DNA from: Raja brachyura
Taxonomy: Eukaryota
DNA: 64,000 bases
Assembly (NCBI GenBank): GCA_963514005.1
Contig: OY740821.1
Span: 15,438,001-15,502,000 of the forward strand
Direction: 5' to 3'
The translations under genes were made by a program, and so were the position numbers. Position 1 is the first letter of the stretch, and every line of letters begins with the position of its first letter. Under the pieces are notes generated by a model. That model had not been told where the DNA came from. It saw only the letters and a program-made list of their open reading frames with translations, and did not search any database. Positions 12,101 through 27,100 of this stretch are shown here, piece by piece.

Positions 12101-15100
12101 AACTTGGGGACAGCTTCTTCCCCTCTGTTATCAGGCTTCTGAACAGTCCTTCCAAGTGCTAGGGTAGGTCCCATTCACCTCTACCCCATTGAGGACATTG
12201 GACTTTGTCTATGAAACTGGTGCGCTACAATGCTGAGAACTATATTCTGCACTCTGTATCTTCCCATTTGCTCTTTCTATTGTACTTGAGTTTGACTTGA
12301 TTGCATTCATGTATAGTAGATCTGATCTGTTTGGATAGCATGCAAAGCAAAGCTTTTCACTGTACCTCAGTACACATGACAGTAATAAACCTAAACGTAA
12401 ATCCAATTGAACTGCCTGAAGAGTAGGGAGCAACAGAGGGTTATTTAGAGTGGCAAACACTGAATGTTGTGGCACTATTAGTTTCAATTTGCATCCTCAA
12501 TGATGGTATTAAACTTGTAGAGGAAAGATGTGCAAGGCAATACAAAATTAGTTAGATTGTATACCCAGAACTGCTAGCCAGAGCTATATTAATCTCAATA
12601 TAGATATGTGTAATCTATATTGTGGAAAAACCTGGATGGTATGTTGTTTGAATCATTGGTTAATGTACATGGAGTACATCTCAAAGTCCACCAATGATCA
12701 TTAACAGGAATTACTTTGGGATTTGCAGATAAACAAGGATTGTCTCCACCCGATTTGATTCTTGGACCTCAAACTTGAGTATTAGTCTCTCTTCCCAATC
12801 TTTCCTTGACATGGCTCTGTTGTGGAAAAATGGGTTATTTCCCAGTAGGGTAAGAAGAACTATTTAGTTTCCATAACAGGAAAGATCTGAATTTATATAA
12901 TACCTTTCACAACTTTCAGATGTTGCAAACCATTTTGCAGCCACTAAAGTACTTTGCTGAGGTATAGCTACGGTTGTAATGTGTTTACAAATTATATATT
13001 ACAATATTCCTGATGTATTCTTTCTAATTATATTTATGATTTTGCAAAATGAAAAAAAGTTTGCATGAACTGATTTAAAATATAGCTTCACACGGGACCA
13101 TATCACTCCTTGATGCGGTCTCCTCTCCATAGAATGCCTATGACTCTAAGATCTTGAGCTTTGAATTGATTACCGATTGTTGTTGCTACCAGAGCTATAA
13201 AATGGTGGAATTTACAAAAAATTGAATTCATTTCATCCATGTAACCTTGATTTCACGGTTCTTGGTCATGGACCCTCACTGTTGTCGAAGCAAGATTCAT
13301 ACAGGTCAGCGATGTGAAAAGTAAAATGGGTCCTTGTATCCAAGCGTCTGTGCTCTTTATACAGCTAATAGCAACTTATATTAGCAGAGGAATTTAAAAA
13401 AAAAGACACAAGACCACATTAGAAGGCTTCATTTTGTTCCCCCAATATTATGGGACAGTGTGCAACTAGACGGTGTAGAAAAAGGTATTTCCACTCACAA
13501 AGTTTCCCAGTCAGGATTAAGGTCGGGCAGACCAACGGGAAATTATAGCTCACTAACCTTGGGTCAGTTCTCTCCTGATACAGTACCAGATAAATTGGCA
13601 TCACTATTTTTACACTCATGATCCACTCATTAGTTTCATTCATTCATTCTATGCTCCCAGCAAACTAATTATTCCAGTAATATAACAAGTGAGGGGAAAA
13701 AATATATTTAAAAGATGTTCATGAAGATAGTCTAGGATCACCAGACGACAGGAGGGAAGGACTCTAGAGTGGTAGCCGTTGTGGAGCAATTCATGAACAC
13801 TACCCAAGAGGTGGGGGGTTGTTTTGTGTTGGAATATTGTAGGAAATGATCTCCATATCTCTGAGATCAGTCCTTTAGAACTATAAACACTGAGTCTTTC
13901 TGGAGAGATGAGCTAAGACAGTCAAAATGCTTCCTCGTCTCTTTCTCTAGTGGGTCTCATTTAATTTTGAATATTGTGAATTTAAACAGTGCAAATGCAC
14001 AAGGTGAGTAAAAACAAACATGATTTGTTTTGAGTTTTGATGGCTTGCGTGTTTCAGATCTCCTGGAGAAGTCTCGTGTTGTCAAGCGTCTGAAAGGGGA
14101 GAGAAATTTCCACATCTTCTACCAGCTGTTGGCAGGGGGCTCACCTGAGCTGCTGGGTGAGTGTTACTAATCTGTCTGCTGTTCTCACAACGCACATCCT
14201 GTTTCAGGTCCTCCTCAACCTCGCCCAGATGATTTGGGGACAGGGTAATGTCCTTCCATCATGAAAGCACTAAGTCAGGCCTGTAGCCTGGGGCAACGCA
14301 AATTCCACAGGTGCCCACATCCCTCCAGTACCTCATTTACACAGCGTGTGGCCAATAAATGAGATGTCTACATCCTAAGAATGAGTACAAATAAATGTTG
14401 CCTCTTGCCTCATTGGTCTTTCTCCTCATACTCCTGCAATCATTGGTTTTGCTGGATGACTCCCTTGCCTCTATAGTTAAGATTGAAACTATGTGGGGAT
14501 TTTTGAATATTACCATACTATGTTTTTGCATTACATACATGAAGCACTTTAGTTCCAATACGCATTTTCCTTTTTTCCCCACTCATAAATGTACTATTTC
14601 ACACAAACCACAATTCTCAGTTCACATAGTTGCAGAGGGAGTCATTCACTAACCTTTCCCCCACAGAGCATCTTAATGTGCTGAGGGACTACAATCTATA
14701 CGGTTACCTGACCTCGGACAAAACGCCCCTGAATGGAGTCGACGATGCTGCCAACTTCAACACGGTGAAAGTAAGTGTTTAGAAGGGGAACAGTGGATTT
14801 AATATACCTGGGATCTTTGGATTGTATGCAAGGTCTGCACACCATATACAGACTATACACGGGTTTGCCAGATTGTTTGAGGAGTATCCAGGCCATACAC
14901 AGGATGTGTGGACCAGGAGCAGATGTCTAGCTATGAAATTGGACTTCAGACTCCTGTTCTTAGCTAAGTTAAAATGCAAAGGTGACACCCCCACCCTTTC
15001 CTATTAGTACCTATAATTCTGTCAATGATTGTTGTTTATTTGTTGCAATGACATTGAGTGAGCAGGGTGGGTAATATTCTTACTGGCCTTGGACGTTGAC

Positions 15101-18100
15101 AACTGATTTTCCTTTGGATTTTTCCATGTTCCATCTGTCTTTACCAGGGAAGAAGATGGAGTCAAAATCATAGTAAGATAGGAGATAATTGAGACAGACT
15201 AAATGTTTGATAAAGGAGAATAAGTAGAAAGCTAGCCTGAACGTAACAAATCGCCTGGTCTAGATGCACAGACAGACACAAAATGATGGAGTAACGCAGC
15301 GGGACGGGCAGCATTTCTGGAGAGAAGGAATGGGTGACGTTTCGGGTCGAGACCTTTCTGTGCTCTGAGGGAAATAGTGATCAATATTGCAGACGTTTTG
15401 GCCATAAACGTCCAGTCTTTAAATACTGGGGTGTGGAAACTTGCTCTGCGCAAATTAGCTGCCGCTTTTTGCATAAATGCAGCAAATGCAGATTAAAATG
15501 ACAAAGCTGGCTCTGAGGCACTTTCAGCTTCTCCCTGGACGCAAAAGGTGCACTTTGATTGCAAATTCTTTGTATATTCTTTGTGAATGTAAATGCGATT
15601 TGTACAATAGCTTCATGATATATGTGAATGTACATTTTTTGAATAATAAAAAACACAATAAAAAAAAGAGTGGTCTGATGCACAGTCTTAAATCTGGATT
15701 TATCAATCATCTGAACCAGATTTGGATGACCTGGGGTTGGGATGATTGACTCCAATAGCCACAACCTATCTTGATTGCAACCATTGGAGTATTTTCCCTT
15801 TGATGACAATTGCCTTCAGTTTTACTAAGGCTGTCTTTGCTATACTATCATTATGGACAGGTGCATCTGCCGCAGTAGACTGATGAGCCAACTCCAATAG
15901 ACTTATCCGTCATGTTGCTTCAACCAGTACCTGCCACAGACCAAATCTAAAGGGCGTGTCCTTCGGGACTCGGCCATTTTGTGCTACCAAGCCACTCTTG
16001 ATAATGGCTTCCATCCAGAGTTCACTCTGTGCCCATGCCAGCTTTCCTGGTTTAGATACTGGTCCTCGGAGGTTTGTGAGGAGGACCTGCGAAGTTGCCT
16101 GGGCTGGAGCGTCATTGCAGGGTCTACCTTTGATGCCTAAGTTGCTGCAGCATGACACAGCTGAGAGGTTGTACAGCTCAAAATAATGGCAGATGCTGGA
16201 CATTTAAAGTATAAAAGCAGAAGATACTGGAAACATTTAGCAAATAAGGGCGCCATCTGTGGGAAGAGAAACAGAGTTATTGCGTCAGATTGAAGACCCT
16301 GTTTGGAAGGGTATTGTGTCTGGTAAGCCATCTCAAGGAGTGTTTGAGTCAGCCACATTGCCGCAGGTTTGGAGTTGCATATAAGCCAGACCAAGCAAGG
16401 ATAGTCTCAATGAACCAGATTGGTTTTTAACTTTTCCTTTTAAGTTCCTGCATATGAACTTAAAATAAATTCCACATTTGCCATAGTTGGATTGGAACTT
16501 GGACCTCTGGATTGATAGTCCAGGCCTCGTGTTTGCTAATTGAGTGATTTTACCTCGGTGTCAGGACCGTGCTCCAAACATCCTAACATTAGAGAAAAGA
16601 GTTCATCCATATGTACTGCATTGGTTATATTACAGACTGCAATGAACATCATTGGATTCGACCAGTCTGAAATGGACTCTATATGGGAGACTGTGGCTGT
16701 CGTACTTAAACTCTGCAACATCACGCTGAAGTCGGAACCTCAGTCAAGCGGGGCAGATCATTGCTACATCGCTGATAGCAAAGGTGAGTATTTTCCAAGT
16801 GAACTAAAAAAGTAGCAGACTGATTCAAATTTAATTTGGAAACTTTGGTTTCAAACCCAGATGACAACTACAAAATGTAATAAAGAGGATATACTTTATC
16901 TCAAACACCCACTGGAATATAAGTGAGAGGCAATTATACTGTGGCTGTGTAGAGCTATGTTAAAATGGCATCTCAAGCACTATGTTCAGTTCTCTGCACT
17001 TGGTTCAGGAAAGTGCTTTTTTAGGGAATACAGCACAGATTCATTCACCAGAATAATACTGGGTTCAAACACTGGGGTATGAGCTGTGTGTTTCTCTTCT
17101 CGTCTCCAGGACTGAGAGAAGTCTGCAGTTTGATTGGCCTTGATGAGACTATTCTAGAACAAGCACTGTGCTCTCGCACTGTACAAGCCAAGAGTGAGAA
17201 AGTGAAGACAACATTGACTGCTGCTCAGGTAAAGTATAAAAGCTTTTAAAATAGATGTAGAGTTGTGACTAACAAATGGAGATATACAGTCAGCAACTGA
17301 TACCTGGGAGTAAGTTGTTCGTTGAGTTTATTGTCCCGTGTACCTAGGTACAGTGAAAAACTTTTTAGTTGCGTGCTATCCAGTCAGCAGAAAGACTGTA
17401 CATGATTACAATCGAGCTGTCCACAGTGTACAGATACATGATAAGGGAATAATGTTTAGATACAGCCAGCAAAGTCTGATCAAGGATAGTCCGAGGGTCT
17501 CATGTAGTGGGATGATGATTCAGTTAAGTTATCTTTTACCCAGGAGTGATTTGTGTACAGTATTAGATCGTCAGTAATAACTGTGAATAATTGTAGAGGT
17601 AATAAATACGAGAGTGAATCCTACATAGAGTATTTGATACCTGGATGTGGGTGGTGGAGAGTATTTGACAGTATGTTCTGCAACAAAACGCAACAAAAGC
17701 TTTTCACTGTACCTCGGTACACGTGACAATCATCTAAAGTAAAATACAACGCAATAAATGGTTGGGACTGGGTTGTACAGAGTAATGGATTGAATTGATC
17801 TGAAACAACTTTAAACTGTCTCTAACCTATTTTATGCTTTCCCCCACCCTGCCTCACCCAACCATGTACATTGTAAAGCTATCCATAGGAATTTCTTTTG
17901 ACATATCCACAGTTACTGAGCTACTTCTTGGACCGTCATGGTGATAGAATAAATAACACACAACAATGCAACAATGCAGGTTTCATCTCTTCCCACAGGG
18001 TTTCTATGCACGTGACGCTTTGGCAAAAAACCTCTATGACCGCCTGTTCAACTGGTTGGTGAACCGAATCAACGAAAGCATTCAGGTAATCCGGCACAGA

Positions 18101-21100
18101 GGGCATTCAGGTATCATATTGGGAATCAAATATTTCAAATGTCTTTGTTACTATACCACTAGATTCAATGGTATAGTTCCCTTAAGCTGCTGGCATATTA
18201 TAGAGAAAATAGATGGAACAAAGTTGAGAAAATAGAGCAAAATTATTCCAGATATCGGGATCTGTAAGAATGAATGAAGGAAATAAATTGGCTATGACAG
18301 GCTCTTGAATTGGTTCAGAGAATTCATGCATTGCCCAATCTGTTACTGGGCAATATAAACTGGAGGAACCACCAAGTAGTGATTATAGACCTCGGCAAGT
18401 GGGGTTCAGGAAGAATTGATCACGCCTGGTAGATTGTCAATGAAAACAACATCCTCCCACCCCAACACCAAACTGGAAAGCCCGTTTGTACACAGACATT
18501 AATTGAGATGTAGAAAACAGGAACTGCAGATGCTGGTTTACAAAAGAAGATACAAAGTGTTGGGGTAACTTAGCATGAGCTGCATTGCAGGAGAACATGG
18601 ATAGGCAACATTTGGGGTCAGGACCCATCTCCAGAGTCTGAAGAAGGGTCCTGACCCAAAACGTCACCTATCCATGTTCTTCTTTAATTGAGGTTGTTAT
18701 CTGGCTGTGATGCCTCTCACAGTTAATAGACTGTCACTTCATTGTCTAGCGTCACACTTGTTTTGCTGGGTATGGGAATGGTGTTGGTGCCTGTGGAACC
18801 TTGCTCCAGTGCAAGGGAGAGGAGGGGAGAAGTCTAGGTGCTGGACATCCGGACATAACAGAAGAGCCTAATAGGATGTCTCTTAAACAAGTTTATAGCA
18901 AACCAGTTTAACACAACTTGTACTTGTTCAAGGTTAAAGGCAAAGTACAGAAGAAGGTGATGGGAGTGTTGGATATTTACGGATTTGAGATTTTTGAGGT
19001 AAGTTTGCATTACAATTATTCCTATAAAAAAGGTCCCACCGTGAGGACAGGGAAGCTGTGCACGATAACAATGCATCTCATGGGAATTAAGATAGGAGGC
19101 CAACACTGCAAGGAGGAACATTGTTTTACGTCTGAAGAAGGGTTTTGACCCAAAACATAGAAACATAGACACATAGAAAAATAGGTGCAGGAGTAGGCCA
19201 TTCGACCCTTCGAGCCTGCACCGCCATTCAATGTGATCATGGCTGATCATCCAACTCAGTATCCCGTACCTTCCTTCTCTCCATACCCCCTGATCCCTTT
19301 AGCCACAAGTGCCACATCTAACGCCCTCTTAAATATAGCCAATGAACTGGCCTCAACTACCTTCTGTGGCAGAGAATTCCAGAGACTCACCACTCTCTGT
19401 GTAAAGAATGTTTTCCTCATCTCGGTCCTAAAGGAATTCCCCCTTATCCTTAGACTGTGACCCCTTGTTCTGGACTCCCCCAACATCGGGAACAATCTTC
19501 CAGCATCTAGCCTGTCCAACCCCTTAAGAATTTTGTAAGTTTCTATAAGATCCCCCCTCAATCTTCTAAATTCCAGCGAGTACAAGCCGAGTCTATCCAA
19601 TCTTTCCTCATATGAAGGTCCTGACATCCCAGGACTGACATCCCAGGACTAAAACGTCACCTATTCCTTCGCTCCATAGATGCTGCCTCACCCGCTGAGT
19701 TTCTCCAGCATTTTTGTCTACCATAGATTTACGTCACATGGGCAATTTAGCCAAACAGGTCCCAGTTGGTATTCATGCTCTGTAAAGCCACGTTGAACAC
19801 GTGTATTGTGTTATTCTGTGATATCCTGAACAGATGGGGCGATTTTCTTGAGGAAGAACAAAGCTAAGGGGTGGCAAGATAACGGTAATTCAAATTCTGC
19901 AGGCTTATGGGTCGGATGTGATGTTTCCAATTGTAGGGAATGTAGAATAAAGATCGTAAATATAGACAGCCCCCAAGAAATCTGATGGGAAATGGGGAAA
20001 AATCCTTTCCCTTGAGAGTAGCGGGAATGTGGAACTCACTCCCTCAGTGAGTGATGAAGACAAACATTGTCATACAAAAGTTGGGACGTTATGATGAGTC
20101 ATTGCTTTTTTTAATTTCACTCACACCCCTGGTGTTCCAGGAAACGGCTCAGGCTCTCTTTAGCGCTTCCCTTGCTAGTGAACCCGATACATCTCTCACC
20201 TCAGAGTCTGACAGCTGTCCCACTCCAGGGAACCGTTCCCAGATTCTAGGCTGAGGTTCCCCGTGTTGAAAGTACCATCTTCTGAATGAAACATTAAACT
20301 CAGGCCCCGACTGAAACAACATCACAGGTTGGAGATATCCTAGGATCAATACATTACAAAAACCCAGGACCTGGTTTTTGTTACATTGCTGTTTGTGGGA
20401 TATACACAATGTGCAAAACAAGGCTGGTGTTATAATGGTGACTAATTCAGTGGCTGTATAGTCTGAAACGTACTATACAAATTGAAGTATTTTCATATAT
20501 TTGAAAGTATACGAGACGCATGTTAAATCATTTGAGTTTATTTCTCCAGGACAATAGTTTTGAGCAGTTTGTTATAAACTACTGCAATGAGAAGCTGCAG
20601 CAGCTCTTCATTGAACTGACACTGAAGGAGGAACAGGAAGAGTACATACGAGAGGTAAGCAACCCCTCCATCTTTTCATCCCACTGATCACAATTCACAA
20701 ACTCTCCCAATGATTCACTATGCAGTGCAAACCGTATCATATATTCAGCTTCAATGGGATCTCAGTGTCCCTGGGTTAGGCAGAAAGACGTGGTTCTTCT
20801 GGTCAATGTAATCTCTGCATCATGAGATCATGGCTTTTAGTATGTCACGAGCTTCAACTGATCATGTCCTGTGTTGAATATTATTCTTGTTCTGTTTTCC
20901 AGGGCATCGAGTGGATACAGATCAAATATGTTGACAACGCCATTATCTGTGACCTGATTGAAAACGTACTTTTTGTTTCTTTACATTTTTGGTTTTTGCA
21001 ATTGTTACTTTTGTGTATGCGCAGGAAACGAGAGACCATGTGTGAAAATGTGTGTAGTTTAGAGTGTGAGAAGGTCTTGGTGACAACGTGAATGAGTGTG

Positions 21101-24100
21101 TGTGTGTGTGTGTATCTGAGAGAGTGTGTGTGAAAGCATTTATGCAAGTGTGTGATGGTATCATGTACAGGTGCATCTATTAGTCTTAAAACATTTAAAT
21201 GAATGAATAGCATTGCCAATTAGTGAATAAATGTTGATAATGTGTAGCACCGAGCTGTGGAAATGAGCAAGCTCCCAGGGCCACACATGTATCCTGACTG
21301 AATGAGCTTGTGTTGCTGTGCGGGGAGAGGGAAATCAGCCGTGTTCCAGTCAGTAGCAGTCGGCCAGCATGAACATTTACACGTGGACACAGGAATGGAG
21401 CCTGGCGTTTACATAACTCTGCTGCCAAGCAAAGTCATGAGGGATTTTACACATGAGGGATAGTCACTGTGCTAAAGTATCAAGAGCACCTGGTAACTGC
21501 ACCAGACCTCTAACGTGAGTCCGTGCAAAGAGGAGAGTAGTGATGCAATATTTGTGGCAGGCTGGGGGGAGAAGATGGCCTTTCATTTGACCTGTGGTGC
21601 TGTTTGTCCTTGTGCAGAATAAAGGCATCCTGGCAATGTTGGACGAAGAATGTCTCCGGCCTGGTAATGTCACTGAAAAGACCTTCCTCCAAAAGTTAAA
21701 CCAGACTTTCTCCAGCCATCAGCATTACGAGAGCAAAGAGACGCAGAGCGCCAAGTTCATCACCGATGTAACACTGCCTGCCAACTGTTTCCGCGTGCAG
21801 CACTATGCAGGAAAGGTGAGCACTTGTGTTAAAGAAGGAACTGCAGATGCTGGAGAATCGAGGGTTACACAAAAAGCTGGAGAAACTCAGCGGGTGCAGC
21901 AGCATCTAAGGAGCGAAGGAGATAGGCGACGTTTCGGGTCGAGACCCTTCTTCAGACTGGTCGGGGATCAGGGAAACGAGAGATATAGCATCTCTTGCGG
22001 TTGCAAGGGAAAGTGCCCGGGGAAGGGGTGGAGCGGGAGGGAAGGTGAGCACTTGGTTCCTTGTGATATCCACCTCTGTGGGTGCTATTCCTGATACCAA
22101 ATCCTTCCATGGTAAGTTGCTCATTTAGATAGCTGTTAGTGCTGCTGCCTCATAGCTCCAGAGAACAGCTTACCATGTGGCGAAAATGGAGTTATATCAT
22201 CGGTGACTGACCAAAATACCTTCAATGATAATCTTCACAGCATCAGCTGCCCCTTGCTTTAATGGGTGAATGTAATAGTAAGGTGCACAGAGTTCCACTT
22301 CCTGTGTTTGATGGACAAACTGATTACAGTCGGAATGCTGACATTTGGCTTCAATGCCTCGGGAACTGGAACAAAGTCTGCTTAAATCCTAACTTTTGCA
22401 CCTTTCCCACATTGCTAACATTCACTTGGCAACTGAGAAGCATGAGCCAGCATGAACGGGCAACTTCAAGGGAGAGGGCAACCTGGGAGAAAAGTGACAC
22501 ATTCTCTTTCATATGTATGTAGCCTGCTTGTGTATACTACTCTTATAACAAATGTAAAGCACTTGGGTCAATGAGAGTTGTTTTTAAAATGTGCTATATA
22601 AATAAATGCGACTTGACTTGACTCTTTCCTTGCTATTGCAGGTGACATACAACGTTGCAGACTTCATCGACAAGAACAATGACCTGCTGTACCGGGATCT
22701 ATCCCAGGCCATGTGGCAGGCCAAGCACAGGCTCATCCAGTCACTCTTTTCTGAAGGGGACCCAAGAAAGACATTGTTGAAGAGGCCACCAACAGCTGGC
22801 TCACAGTTCAAGGCCTCAGTGAATGTCCTAATGAAGAACGTCCTGGCTAAAAACCCCAACTATATCAGGTACCATTTCCCCAAGTTGCACAATTCCAGGG
22901 ATTACTCCGGGTTGTTCAGGTCCCAGTATACATATCAGGCAAATGGCGGGTTGTTTTGGGCGAGAATGTTTTTGTGTTGCAGATGTGAGCCTGTTGTCAA
23001 TCTCTCCCCTACTTGGCAAATGTGCAACTGTAATGTGGCTTTAAAATACTGCCGTGCAGTCTGTACCCATCCCACAAAAGAGCTGTTCAACTAGTTGTCG
23101 GCTCTCATTCTGAGACAGTGGCAACTCCAACTTCTCAGCACTACTAGTAGCCTCAGTGTACATCTCATTATCATTCATTCCCAGAAAGTGGGCATTGGTG
23201 GCAAGAGGAGTACGCCTTGCCCGTTCCCTCAATGTCTTGTGGTTGCACCAGAGGACCTTTCATAGTCAACCATGTAGGTATGAGACTAGATAGGCGAACA
23301 CCCTGAATGGATAATGATGGCAGTTTTGTATGCCCCTTGATTCCTGGGTAGACAAAAATGCTGGAGAAACTCAGCGGGTGTAGCAGCATCCATGGAGCGA
23401 AGGAAATAGGCAACGTTTCGGCCCGAAACGTTGCCTATTTCCTTCAGGGTTTCGGCCCGAAACATTGCCTATTTCCTTCAGGGTTTCGGCCCGAAACGTT
23501 GCCTATTTCCTTCAGGGTTTCAGCCCGAAACGTTACCTATCTCCTTCGCTCCATAGATGCTGCTGCACCCGCTGAGTTTCTCCAGCACTTTTGTCTACCT
23601 TCAATTTTCCAGCATCTGCTGTTCCTTCTTAATCCCCTTGATCCCTGCTACGCCTCGCTGTATAATCGCACCATTTCTCTCTTGACCTGTGCTGACTCTT
23701 CCACAGATGCATCAAGCCAAATGACACAAAATCACCAGCACAATTTGAAGACCGCCTGGTGCAAACACAGATCAAGTACCTGGGGCTGATGGAGAATATA
23801 CGAGTGCGGCGGGCAGGATATGCCTACCGCCACCACTACAAGCCTTGCCTGGAACGCTACAAGATGCTCTGTAAACAGACCTGGCCAAACTGGAAGGGGA
23901 ACGACCGGTAAGCAACTTTTTCCTGGCTTCAGCAGGGGAATAGGCCACAAGTTAACTTAATTCAGTTTAGTTTAGATACAGCGTGGAAACAGGCCCTTCG
24001 GCCCATCGAGTCCGTGCTGACCAGCGATCACCCATACACTGGTTCTATCCTGCACACTGGGGACAATTTACACATCTTTGGAATGTGGGAGGAAACCAGA

Positions 24101-27100
24101 GCGCCCGGAGAAAACCCAGTCACAGGGAGAACGTGCAAACTCCGTACAGTGCCCGTGGTCTGAATCGAACCCGGGTCTCTGGCTCTATAAGGCAGCAACT
24201 CTACCGCTGTGCCACCGTGCCGCTATTTACTCAGATATTTTGGATCAGAAAGCACTATATGTCCTATTGCTGGTTGCAAATCATATGTGTCCATTATTTA
24301 CTGGCTGTAGAAACTGGGAAACAATGTAAAAATATTTGATCTAATGATTATATTGAGTCTTGCTGACAAAATATGTGACCTTTCAAATCCTGTTATGAAA
24401 TATGTTACATCATGTAGCACAAACAGAATCAGAAGCAATATTTAATCCTTCATTTCTGTTCTTCTTTAAGAGATGGCGTACAGACTCTTTTGATTGAATT
24501 AAATATAGCTCCAGAGGAATACGCATTTGGACGGACAAAAATCTTTATCAGAAATCCACAGACAGTGAGTATTGACTTGGCATTAATACATTTACTCCCT
24601 CAGCCAGAGTGTTTGGAGAGAGATACTGGTGCGTTGACCAGGGAGGTGTGGCAGAATTCCTCCTTGAACAGTCTGTGGTGTACTGATTATAGTCCCTCAA
24701 GCATTTGATTGGGGAAATACCTGAACATTTACTGGAATACCCTTATATAATGCACAGCAAAAATTCACATGCATTGTTGGGAAAGGAGAGAAAAATGAAG
24801 CCAAGGCAAAAGCTATTTCTGATGACTGACGCCCCTTTTCACTTCAGACCTTTTGTCTGATGGATCTGTAATGAAAGTATGAAACTATTGCTTGCCTGTA
24901 ATTCCCTCTCCCAAGGCCCCTTCACTTATTTCTTGCTTTCCACACAGCTCTTTGACATGGAAGAGCGACGGCGGGTTCAGTTGGGATTCGTGGCCACCTT
25001 GATTCAGAAGACTTATCGCGGCTGGAAATGCCGAACCCATTTCCTCCGATTGAAGAAAAGTCAGATAATCATCGCTGCCTGGTTCAGGCGATATAACGTA
25101 AGGATGCCCGGGCTTCAGCAATATGCCAGGGTTCACATTGAAGGCTTGCAGACTTCAGTACTGTGCCAAACGTGAATTGCCAACTCGGTTCCCACTTCCT
25201 TTTTATTTAGGCTCTGGGTGTGAATTGTGGATTTGCTAATGAAGTGAGGTTGTTACTGGACGTTAGTGCAAGCAACTGGAATTTTTGTTTCTATTTCTGC
25301 ATCAAGCTCACCCAGTTCCTTGAAGAGTAACGTTCCCACTCTTGCCCAGGAAGGCACGCCACTCTGGCTAAGTAACAATCCATGCTGCAGGCACACACAG
25401 AGCAATGGCAGCGTTCACTTTTCACTTTTGATCATTTAAATTCATTTTTATAAACCTGGATAAGAAAAGGGGCATTATTTAAAGATGTTGGATGTTGCTA
25501 AAATCCCAGCTGGTTCACTGATGTCCCTTTTCCAGGCTAAAGCCATGGCAACACGTTGCATTGCCAGTGGAAGAGGTGTTAAAGTGAGCCTTCCCCTCGG
25601 CCGAATGGGAGAAGTCAGTTGCCACTATTTCCAAGAAGAGCAAGAAAAATATACTTGTGTTGGAATAATATTTACTTCACAATCAGTATCAGTGAATACA
25701 GATGTTTAAGAAAGAACTGCAGATGCTGGAAAAATCGAAGTAAACAAAATTGCTGGAGAATGTCAGCGGGTGAGGCAGCATCTATGGAGTGAAGGAATAG
25801 GTGACGTTTCTGGAAGAAGTCTCGACCTGAAACGTCACCTCTTCCTTCGCTCCATAGATGCTGCCTCACCCGCTGACATTCTCCAGCAATTTTGTCTACT
25901 TCACTGAATACAGATCATCTGATTGCTATTGCATTGCAGTTTCTGGGAGCTTCTCATGTACAGATTGACTGTGAAGGTCCCTGACTGCCCTCGCCTGGTC
26001 TGGGTGTGTATGTGTCTCTACACCCAGGAGCATGGTGAAATGGCAACCCTTGGAGCAGCCTGCCAGTTGTACTACTGTGAAGGAAGAGGCTCAGCATCAC
26101 CTTCTCAGGACAAAAGATGCTGATTACTAGTGACTCCCAAATCCCAGCAGAAAAAAAGAAGATAGCCATTGATTGCGACTCAAACATAAAGGACAGCCAT
26201 CAGGATGGGTTTGTACACAGTACATGGTCTGCACTGCAATGAGGGAGAGCAGGGGAGAGAAAGAAAGCAAAAATAATCAAAACAAACATAGCAGGAAGGT
26301 ATCCTAATGAGTGTGTTTGTTTCTGACGCTGCCTCTTTCTCATTCTCATACAGCAACAAAAGAAATATTCAAATATGAAGAAAGCTGCCATTATGCTTCA
26401 AGCCTATGTCAGGGGCTGGAAGGTGAGTTTGTTCTGAAGGATCCAATATGATAAAACCTAAGGCAAGATGTGGGTCTCACACACAGATATGTATCCTTCT
26501 GACCCTTCAAAGTTTCTGAGGTGCTTGGATAGACTAAGAATTGAACCATGTCCTGCACTCATCACAGTGGTTGGTTCACTGTTGCAAGCTGACTGGAAAC
26601 TGATTTAAAGAGGAGTGTCTTCTCAGAAATTAACATTTACCTGAGTGAATGGAAAACAAATCCAGTTAAAAGGGGCTCTGTAACAGCATGACGTAAAAAC
26701 TGTATGCCAGATCCCATTGTAAATGATCATTTTGCCCTCATTTTCTTTTTATGTTGTAAATTCAATTTCTTCTAAAGTGCTTCAATGACTAGATGGAACA
26801 AGGTTATTAAAAATGGCGATACATGGCCATCTCATGGAAGGCCTGGAGAATTCCCATCCTTGTGTTCAAGTCTTGTCGGCTTTGCCTCGCTCCTCATTCC
26901 TACTCCAACCTCTCGACACTCACCCAATTTTGGCCTCTCATTGACACCTCTCCCATCCCAAGCTCTCCACACTCCTCGCCTTTGGCTGCCATTGCCCCAA
27001 GCTCTGGAATTCCCTCCCCGAACCTTTCTGCCTTTAAGATGCACCGTTAGCCTGCCACGACAGCCAAGCTATCAGTCGCCTGGCCAACAATTTCCATTCG

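Noticed and set aside
23410-23550. CRISPR-like palindromic repeats containing GAAAC
   Set aside because: No unique spacers, no cas genes, vertebrate intron; head-to-tail copies of a Penelope-derived segment.
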